From IMG/VR virus record IMGVR_UViG_3300043442_000948: 59,250 bases of DNA, one strand, 5' to 3'. Positions within the stretch are counted from its first letter, which is position 1. Every line of letters starts with the position of its first letter. The DNA is from an uncultured virus (IMG/VR IMGVR_UViG_3300043442_000948) (taxonomy: Duplodnaviria > Heunggongvirae > Uroviricota > Caudoviricetes). The position numbers were made by a program, and so were the translations under genes. This document shows positions 29,399 through 35,553 of this stretch, piece after piece. The notes beneath the pieces were generated by a model, which made no database searches, was not told where the DNA came from, and saw only the letters and a list, made by a program, of their open reading frames with translations.

Positions 29399-30169
29399 TT
29401 ACTGACCGGGACGTTTGCGAGCGGTGGACTCGACAATCAGCGCGGGCGCCGTGTCGACGACAGTGCTAACGGTCCGGGTACGGTTGACGCCGCCGCCTTG
29501 CTGCATGATTTCAACAGCGCTGGCAATGGTTTCAACGACACCTCCGGTGGTGCTTCCGATGATCTGCATGTTGGCCCAACCGATGTTGGTTAGCCCTGCA
29601 GTTTGTTCTCCGTTGGTCGGATTAGTCCGATCAACATAAAAGAATTGGAAGACGGCGGAAGGGTCTTTGGCAGTTAACCACAGCCGTTTCTTGCTGTTGG
29701 ATTTGCCGTCGGCATCTTTGGCGGTGTCATAAGCTTCCGTGCCCATAGACTTCCATAACTCTTCATACTTAATAAGTGCGTAGAGTTCGTCGCCAGTGAT
29801 GTATCCGGCTTCAACCATTTTGATGTCGAACCGAAGCTCAGGGGAGTAATGCCCTTTCAGCCAGCTTTCGCCGGGATTGAGCTTGGAGTTGCCTTTGCGC
29901 ATCGGCACCAGATTGAATTCGCTATCCAAGATAGCTCGCAGCTTCAACTTAGCAGTTACGTATTCTTCCCCGAGGATGGGGTCGACACGTAGGCTGGGGT
30001 TGAAGAGTTCAATCGAAAACTTCCGGGCTAAAAATAAATCACCAGTAATCTGGTGCTTACTATACCCTTCGTTAGCTTGGTCTACGAAATACTGCGGAAT
30101 AGAGCTGTATACAGACTCAGGGCAGGCTTGTAGATAGGCGGTGGTGGCGGCAACGGTTTGGTTAGTCAT
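29399..30169 (-). CDS. hypothetical protein
   Basis: 256-aa ORF between promoter-like motif and hairpins. Confidence 0.8.
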   Translation of the reverse strand: MTNQTVAATTAYLQACPESVYSSIPQYFVDQANEGYSKHQITGDLFLARKFSIELFNPSLRVDPILGEEYVTAKLKLRAILDSEFNLVPMRKGNSKLNPGESWLKGHYSPELRFDIKMVEAGYITGDELYALIKYEELWKSMGTEAYDTAKDADGKSNSKKRLWLTAKDPSAVFQFFYVDRTNPTNGEQTAGLTNIGWANMQIIGSTTGGVVETIASAVEIMQQGGGVNRTRTVSTVVDTAPALIVESTARKRPGQ

Positions 30170-30209
30170 GGTTTTGAAGGTTCCTGTTTGATTTGGTTTG
30201 GTTTTTCTT

Positions 30210-30240
30210 CACTCCCTCTTCTATTTTCAGGCACTAGGAC
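30210..30240 (-). promoter_or_regulatory. phage promoter-like motif (reference copy)
   Basis: GTCCTAGTGCCTGAAAATAGAAGAGGGAGTG about 40 nt upstream of ATG 30169. Confidence 0.7.
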
Positions 30241-30271
30241 AGGTGACTGTCCCCGTGTAAAGAACACGTGG

Positions 30272-30454
30272 TCAGGCTGTGTATCTAGCGATGAACTCAG
30301 CCGGCGTAAGGCTTAACCATATCCCTGGCTTGTTGCGAAAAGGGGATGGATGGAATACTTGGACTGTGTCACCGACCTTGTACCAGTTCACGCGGCGGTT
30401 CAGAACTGGGTCGTAAGCGGACTGTAATGGTAAAGTTGGCATTTGTATCTCCAT
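30272..30454 (-). CDS. hypothetical protein
   Basis: 60-aa ORF; GGAG precedes alternative ATG 30442. Confidence 0.55.
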   Translation of the reverse strand: MEIQMPTLPLQSAYDPVLNRRVNWYKVGDTVQVFHPSPFRNKPGIWLSLTPAEFIARYTA

Positions 30455-30458
30455 GTAG

Positions 30459-30494
30459 CAAAAAACCCCACTCAGCGAAGCGCTAAGCAGGGTC
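30459..30494 (-). terminator. intrinsic terminator
   Basis: ACCCTGCTTAGCG-CTT-CGCTGAGTGGGGT then T run. Confidence 0.65.
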
Positions 30495-30510
30495 AGTCAA
30501 GTAGGAAAGT

Positions 30511-30759
30511 TTAGCCGCGGGTGAAGGCTTGCCCAATGCAGATAGACTGCAGGCGGGCAATGATTTCGTCTTCGTCCCAGTCGGCTCTAATGAGCTCACA
30601 AATATGCTTGGCGGCAGCTAAGCCAAGGGCATATTTGTTACGGAGAGCGCGGATTGGTAGAACCCATAGACCATCTTTGATGGCTTGTCGGGCGATGGTG
30701 ATTGACTGCTGATAGCTTTCAGCGGCGTCAATGTCTTGTTCGTAATCTGTTATGTACAT
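30511..30759 (-). CDS. small protein with ribosomal L7/L12 C-terminal-domain-like motif
   Basis: IRALRNKYALGLAAAKHICE resembles IK.VR...GLGLKEAK..VE. Confidence 0.6.
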   Translation of the reverse strand: MYITDYEQDIDAAESYQQSITIARQAIKDGLWVLPIRALRNKYALGLAAAKHICELIRADWDEDEIIARLQSICIGQAFTRG

Positions 30760-31088
30760 GCTAGCTCTCTTGCTAGTTGGTTGATTTGGTCTTGCAGCTC
30801 AGCTACACGATCGTAGGCTTCGGCAGCCATACGTTCGTGCTCTACTGCTTCTACCAGCGCCTCCTGGCGCCGATTAAGCAGTATCTGCAACTGACCTTCC
30901 CGGCTCAGCGCGGTGAACTGGTTTAACAGTTCGGCTGATGGAACCGCACGGGTTACCCACTCAGCCTGCGCAGCTTGAACAAATTCCCAGGTGTCTTTCA
31001 ACCCTGAGCCTAGCTCAGACCGGATGGTCTTGAGCGCGGCTAATGGGGTCAAGTGACGAACTAACTTCAACGCTTCATCGAATTCCAT
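30750..31088 (-). CDS. protein with L7/L12 CTD-like motif plus coiled coil
   Basis: ALKTIRSELGSGLKDTWEFVQ; AGGAG RBS. Confidence 0.55.
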   Translation of the reverse strand: MEFDEALKLVRHLTPLAALKTIRSELGSGLKDTWEFVQAAQAEWVTRAVPSAELLNQFTALSREGQLQILLNRRQEALVEAVEHERMAAEAYDRVAELQDQINQLARELACT

Positions 31089-31115
31089 TTCACTATTCTC
31101 CTGTTAACTAACTAA

Positions 31116-31607
31116 CTACAGTAAATTGCCCCACTGTTCTTCTTGGCTTTCGAGCCAATCGTTGTGGGAGTTCAGGACTTCTTCGGAGCTGCGGGGCTCT
31201 ATGTCAAAGTCCATTGGGTACACTTCTTCCGTATCTGCCAAGTGGTCTTCGTAGTCGGCTGCTTCCAGCTCACCACGAATGATATTGGCAATCCGTTCCA
31301 GGTTGGAACGGTACAGGCGGAGACGGTTGTACTCTTTGGTTAGCGACTCCTGTGTGCAAGCGCCGGGGTGGCACTCGGGATTAGGATACTCGCAAGAGTA
31401 CTTGTACTCCGGCCCCCATCCTTTGACAACAGCGTTGATGTTGGCTTCCCGGTTAAGGGAATTAACCAACATTTCTGCTACCGCTGTGGGTAGGCTTACG
31501 GCCAGCTCGTCCGGGCAGGGCACCCAACCACCTTCAGCGGTCAGGTAACCCAGTAAATCGGATGGGAACTCGGGGTCTTGTATTAAAAGCTCACGACGTA
31601 CTAACAT
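31116..31607 (-). CDS. acidic hypothetical protein
   Basis: 163 aa; AAGGAG RBS. Confidence 0.75.
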   Translation of the reverse strand: MLVRRELLIQDPEFPSDLLGYLTAEGGWVPCPDELAVSLPTAVAEMLVNSLNREANINAVVKGWGPEYKYSCEYPNPECHPGACTQESLTKEYNRLRLYRSNLERIANIIRGELEAADYEDHLADTEEVYPMDFDIEPRSSEEVLNSHNDWLESQEEQWGNLL

Positions 31608-31638
31608 GCGTTCTCCTTTATTGTTTATAAGTGGTCAA

Positions 31639-31825
31639 AAGGTGCAGCGGAGGTCGAATCCGCAAGACTCACGAATGACTAGTTCGCTAACAGCTTATCG
31701 TAATCTAGTTTCCACGCCTGCCGACCTGTACGTGGCGCCGGGAATTACCCTCTTACTACGGGAGTCACTCCGTAGCTAGGACAACTAGATTACTCACCGT
31801 CCTTACCAATTGGACGTATGCACCT
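31639..31825 (-). ncRNA. tRNA-like RNA with large multibranch insert replacing the anticodon arm
   Basis: AGGTGCA/TGCACCT acceptor, CGTCC-AATTGGTAA-GGACG D-arm, GCGGA-TTCGACC-TCCGC T-arm; internal 11-bp stem GTAATCTAGTT/AACTAGATTAC. Confidence 0.65.
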
Positions 31826-32230
31826 ACAACACCAGTTTAAAGTCATGGGTGTCATGGACATCATACAACCCAGGAGCCATTGCCGAAGCAAGAGGACTAT
31901 CCTAGGACCGTAAACCACAGTGCTGACTAACACCGTGGGGTTTTGGCGTTTCTCCGGGAAATTTTGCTAACACCAGTACCATCACGTACCAGGCTGATGT
32001 TAACTAGCCAAGCAAAGAGCCTTTATTTCTGCCGCTTACAGGGCACGGGTCTGTACGCTACCGGTCTTTCAGTCACGGGGACGACGATCCCACCTTTATA
32101 GTTTAGAGTCTGCAGGCTGACAGACTTGTTGTGTATTCAAGGGCGTTTTCGGTGACGCGCTGCCGTTCGGCAACTCGGCACGTAAGCTATTATTCCACAA
32201 CTGACCAGCCACGGTTGCCCTGGTCATTTT
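31826..32230 (-). ncRNA. candidate structured non-coding RNA(s)
   Basis: No long ORF; serial hairpins incl. TTGC-TTCG-GCAA tetraloop and pseudoknots; lies downstream of promoter-like motif 32234-32264. Confidence 0.45.
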
Positions 32231-32233
32231 GTC

Positions 32234-32264
32234 CACTCCCTCTTCTATTTTTAGGCACTAAGAC
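32234..32264 (-). promoter_or_regulatory. phage promoter-like motif
   Basis: GTCTTAGTGCCTAAAAATAGAAGAGGGAGTG (29/31 identical to 30210-30240). Confidence 0.7.
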
Positions 32265-32296
32265 ACGTGTCTTACCGTTATAGAAAAGGGGATGGT

Positions 32297-32560
32297 TTAG
32301 GACTGTTTCCAGATGTGTTTGGTCTCGTTTAAACACGCGACTGGGATGTCATCCCAGGCAGTCACAATAGTGCGACCACGGTCGCGGTTACGGAGTCTTA
32401 CCCCGAACTCACTATAGAGCTCTTCTTCAAGGTCAGCGACCTCTGCCTGAGCCTTCAGTTGGGAAAGGGTTCTGGGTTCACGGAAGCTGCAGCCCGGGTG
32501 GGCTTGTTGGCCCCAGCGGGCTTCCATAACTTTGGGGTAGGAACGGTATGTACGTGCCAT
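32297..32560 (-). CDS. hypothetical basic protein
   Basis: 87 aa, GGAG RBS; MARTYR...FREPRT...TAWDDI. Confidence 0.7.
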   Translation of the reverse strand: MARTYRSYPKVMEARWGQQAHPGCSFREPRTLSQLKAQAEVADLEEELYSEFGVRLRNRDRGRTIVTAWDDIPVACLNETKHIWKQS

Positions 32561-32582
32561 CGTTAGTCTCCACTTGTCCTAT

Positions 32583-32609
32583 CTCTCTTCTATTTTCAGG
32601 CCCCAGGAC
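32583..32609 (-). promoter_or_regulatory. phage promoter-like motif
   Basis: GTCCTGGGGCCTGAAAATAGAAGAGAG upstream of 32560. Confidence 0.65.
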
Positions 32610-32620
32610 GTATAACTAGC

Positions 32621-32701
32621 TTACTCGAAGGCCTTCTCTAATAAACCAGCTGTCGCAAGGGCGAAGCACATCAACAGAAAACCAAAGATAACGAAGTCCA
32701 T
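32621..32701 (-). CDS. 26-aa single-TM microprotein
   Basis: MDFVIFGFLLMCFALATAGLLEKAFE; GGAGG upstream; TTACTA-17-TATACT promoter-like sequence. Confidence 0.45.
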   Translation of the reverse strand: MDFVIFGFLLMCFALATAGLLEKAFE

Positions 32702-32739
32702 AGTACACCTCCAGTATACTACTCTACTATAACTGTAGT

Positions 32740-32765
32740 AAAAAAGGGGGCCCCCGAAGGAGCCA
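32740..32765 (-). terminator. intrinsic terminator
   Basis: GGCTCC-TTCG-GGGGCC hairpin then T run. Confidence 0.65.
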
Positions 32766-32772
32766 TAAGCTT

Positions 32773-33228
32773 TTAACAATCGTTGTAGGCAGCCTGCCGG
32801 AACAGGGCCAGTTCCTCCGGTGACACTCGTTCAGGTATGTCCAGCAGCCGGCTTGGCTGCGGCAGTACGAAGGGTTCCGTAATCACTTCAATTTTCACCA
32901 GGCGTTCCCACCCGGCGAAGATGAACTCAAACTCACCACCGGGCTGCCGCACCCGGTCGTTCTTGGCAAAGATAACCGGTTTATCACCAGCCACAGCCAA
33001 GAACTGCTGCTGGAGGTTGATGGGCGCCACAATGGCGACCACATCAAAGTCCTTGATTTGTTCCTTGATGGCGGGGACTTCCTGCTCGGCTCCACCATTC
33101 ACGCTGGCAGTGAACGGCACATGCACGTTTGGTGCCGACCCATTCACTTGATGAATCACAGCGTCAGGGCCGAAGACGGCACGCTGCTCAGGGCTCATTG
33201 GGTGCCGTGAAAACCAAAAGACTTTCAT
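32773..33228 (-). CDS. hypothetical protein
   Basis: MKVFWFSRH start downstream of promoter-like motif at ~33254-33282. Confidence 0.75.
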   Translation of the reverse strand: MKVFWFSRHPMSPEQRAVFGPDAVIHQVNGSAPNVHVPFTASVNGGAEQEVPAIKEQIKDFDVVAIVAPINLQQQFLAVAGDKPVIFAKNDRVRQPGGEFEFIFAGWERLVKIEVITEPFVLPQPSRLLDIPERVSPEELALFRQAAYNDC

Positions 33229-33310
33229 CTTATTATTACCAAATCTAAATTTCCACTCACTCTTCTTTTTTTCAGTGTCAAGCCGTATCATCCAGCTTTT
33301 TTAAAAGCAG

Positions 33311-33390
33311 ATTCTACCACAGTTCGTAAGCTGCTGTCCAGCGGGTTTTTATATGGAATACCCCCAAAACCTAAGCTCTGGGGGTATAAT
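33311..33390. promoter_or_regulatory. divergent sigma70-type promoters
   Basis: Minus: TGGACA-18-TAGAAT with TG extension (33340-33311); plus: TATAAT 33385-33390 next to an ACCCCCA..TGGGGGT inverted repeat. Confidence 0.45.
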
Positions 33391-33416
33391 GGTAGTGTCG
33401 TCTACCAAATCGAAAT

Positions 33417-34280
33417 ATGTCAGACTTGAACGTCTTTGAGTCCATTGTAACAGAAATCCAAGCTTTTGCATCGGAGCTTGGTATTGACTCCGATGGTAAC
33501 ACTGGTTATATGGGTGTGTTATCGATAGCAGCGCTTTGTGGTGTTTCTAAACAGGCTTTGTTAGATACACGCCCTAACTCCTTTGGGCTGTTCGCTCGAA
33601 TTCGGTCAGGGAAAAACCTTCCAGAATGCCTGAAACCTTTTGCTGGCTTTGATTACTGGCGGTCAGGGAAAGTACCTGATAGTTTAGTTGCAGCTATTGT
33701 CTACTACTACGCTATTGAATCGCGTAACCCTTCCAAAAAAGCTAAGCAGGTCCTACAGTTACTGGTTGGTAAATCTATAAAGGATTTTATTGTGGCAGCG
33801 TGTGCTCACTATGACAAAGCTTGTTCTGATATTAGTCAGGGCGATAATAAACGTAAAGCCCGCCGTTTTCTAACACCTGAAATTCTTAAGGACTTTCTTT
33901 ACACAAATGAACGAGCCTACACCGGCGCTGAAATAGCTAGCCACTTTGACGTGAGTATATCCACAGCTCGGGACACCGCCAATCTTCTTGAAGTTCAAGG
34001 TCTAATTGTGAAAACTAAAATCAAGGCTCCTGGACAACTTGTGTTTACTTATCATAAACCTGACCTTGATATCGAAGCGGTTCAACTTGCTTATACACCA
34101 GCACGAACCGTTCGTATTGATGACTCTGCAATAACTCCAACACCAGCTATTACCATTGACGAGCATACCCCGATAAATACAGGTTCTTTTGCGAAGGACT
34201 TGTTGACGCTTATCAATCAGTATGAACTTAATTCTCAGCTAAAGCTAGAACTACTAGAAGCTGTAATTAAGTATTTATAA
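33417..34280 (+). CDS. putative DNA-binding regulator with winged-HTH-like domain
   Basis: N-terminal SIAALCGVSKQAL HTH-like segment; TGAEIASHFDVSISTARD....LEVQGLI wHTH pattern; only convincing plus-strand gene in the 26.9-50.5 kb block. Confidence 0.65.
   Translation: MSDLNVFESIVTEIQAFASELGIDSDGNTGYMGVLSIAALCGVSKQALLDTRPNSFGLFARIRSGKNLPECLKPFAGFDYWRSGKVPDSLVAAIVYYYAIESRNPSKKAKQVLQLLVGKSIKDFIVAACAHYDKACSDISQGDNKRKARRFLTPEILKDFLYTNERAYTGAEIASHFDVSISTARDTANLLEVQGLIVKTKIKAPGQLVFTYHKPDLDIEAVQLAYTPARTVRIDDSAITPTPAITIDEHTPINTGSFAKDLLTLINQYELNSQLKLELLEAVIKYL
34101..34117. repeat. dispersed palindrome copy 4 (inside CDS)
   Basis: GCACGAACCGTTCGTAT. Confidence 0.8.
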
Positions 34281-34297
34281 CTCCGATTAACTGCAGC

Positions 34298-34341
34298 AAA
34301 AAAGGGGCGAAGCCCTGCATAGTGCAGAGTTTGCCCCCTTT
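34298..34341. terminator. bidirectional intrinsic terminator
   Basis: AAAAAAGGGGCGAAGCCCTGCA-TAG-TGCAGAGTTTGCCCCCTTT. Confidence 0.65.
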
Positions 34342-34355
34342 AATTAAGAAATTAA

Positions 34356-34501
34356 GCCGCGGAATTTCACTGCCGCCAACAAATTCCGGTCGGGCGCGTC
34401 GACACGCTCTAACCGGACGACCCGTCGGGGGGTCAATAACGTCCCGTCTTTCAGGCGCACTGCGCCCTTGTCGTAACGGGTATTGGGGCGGGCTAGAGCG
34501 A
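34356..34501 (-). ncRNA. candidate structured small RNA
   Basis: GC-rich nested stems closed by CGCTCTAGCC/GGTTAGAGCG, between promoter-like motif 34544-34564 and terminator 34298-34341. Confidence 0.5.
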
Positions 34502-34543
34502 GTTGTTGTTTAGTTGCCACTTTCTTAACCTCTAAATCTACTT

Positions 34544-34564
34544 CACTCCCTCTTCTATTTTCAT
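34544..34564 (-). promoter_or_regulatory. phage promoter-like motif
   Basis: TGAAAATAGAAGAGGGAGTG identical to the core of 30210-30240. Confidence 0.65.
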
Positions 34565-34675
34565 ATAGTAAGATTCATCAGCTGTAGCAAATAAAAAACC
34601 TGACCGCTAGGGAAAGTAAAACCAGCTGTGAACCTTAAAAAAGGCGCCGCCCCCGGAGGGGCGACAGCTTATTGA

Positions 34676-35344
34676 TTAGAGGAGATTGGCGACTTCAGGC
34701 TCCATGGAATAAATTCCGTCATTGACTTCAGCAGCCATGGCATGACCACTGAATTCAAGGTTATGCAACCATAAGTTTTTGATATTGATAGCAGGTCGGG
34801 TGACCTTTTGGTAGCTACCATCAGGGTTGGTCGCCCAACCACCACCGGGAGCGGGAACCTTGAATTCAGCTTCAGGCTCCAGTTCTAATTGGAAGATGAC
34901 CCGGGCGTCATCGGGGGCTGCCGACAAATCTACCCATAACGCCAGCTTTTCGATCTCTGACAATTTAACGAGCGTATGACCATCGATGATATTCCGGGCG
35001 CACCCGTCCTTGGGCTCCGAGTGGATCTTCATGAATCCGCCAAGGCGGAAATTGAAGCTACCCGGCGTTTCCTTCGGAACCCGAACTGATTGCCCGGCGA
35101 TAGTCGTTCCGCTCATAGAAAGCTGCGCTCCCGCAAAGTCGAAGCTTCCGTCCTCCCGCAAGGTGCTGAACTTGGTGTGCAGCCGCCAAATTTTGAGATT
35201 AAGCGCACGCAAATCGCCAGCTTTCAGCACAACGAACCCACTACTATTACCAATCTGCGAACGGATAGCTGCAGGGTAATCCTTGGTAAGGACGCGTAGG
35301 GTTTCGAGGTTGGAAAGAACAGTTGCTTGAGTTAAGATAGCCAT
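34676..35344 (-). CDS. hypothetical protein
   Basis: ATG 35344 (MAILTQ) downstream of motif variant GAAAATAGCAGAGTG at ~35369-35385. Confidence 0.75.
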   Translation of the reverse strand: MAILTQATVLSNLETLRVLTKDYPAAIRSQIGNSSGFVVLKAGDLRALNLKIWRLHTKFSTLREDGSFDFAGAQLSMSGTTIAGQSVRVPKETPGSFNFRLGGFMKIHSEPKDGCARNIIDGHTLVKLSEIEKLALWVDLSAAPDDARVIFQLELEPEAEFKVPAPGGGWATNPDGSYQKVTRPAINIKNLWLHNLEFSGHAMAAEVNDGIYSMEPEVANLL

Positions 35345-35427
35345 AGTTGAAAACCAAAATACATCATGCACTCTGCTATTTTCTAAACTCCATCCCTGCT
35401 CCACCCCTCCAGGGGTCTTGGCGAAAG

Positions 35428-35511
35428 GGTAGGACTATCGGCTTGCGCCGCGCCTTGGAGTTTATTAAATCAGCAGAGCTTTTTATTGTTGGTTATCCTA
35501 CCAAGGCTAAG
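35428..35511 (-). promoter_or_regulatory. conserved pseudoknotted RNA element, copy 1
   Basis: GCCTTGG/CCAAGGC stem, CGGC-GCAA-GCCG hairpin, GTAGGA/TCCTAC pseudoknot; homologue at 48030-48078. Confidence 0.55.
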
Positions 35512-35553
35512 CTACACGGACAAGAGGGCCAGCGATCTACTGACCCTTAAAAC

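Noticed and set aside
31639..31825. tmRNA or group I intron-containing tRNA
   Set aside because: No G3:U70 alanine identity or tag ORF, has a paired D-stem, and the insert is too short with no recognisable group I core
32096..32227. 43-aa ORF (MTRATVAGQLW...) after the promoter motif
   Set aside because: No recognisable protein features and fully overlaps strong hairpins; treated as non-coding though not excluded
29328..34315. GCGAAGC mini-hairpins as N4-type hairpin promoters
   Set aside because: Copies at ~29330, ~30475 and ~34308 are within terminator stems, which explains them more simply
35428..35511. HDV-like or twister ribozyme call for the repeated pseudoknot element
   Set aside because: Topology partly resembles HDV but the 48030 copy has no room for P3/P1.1 and catalytic consensus residues are not evident
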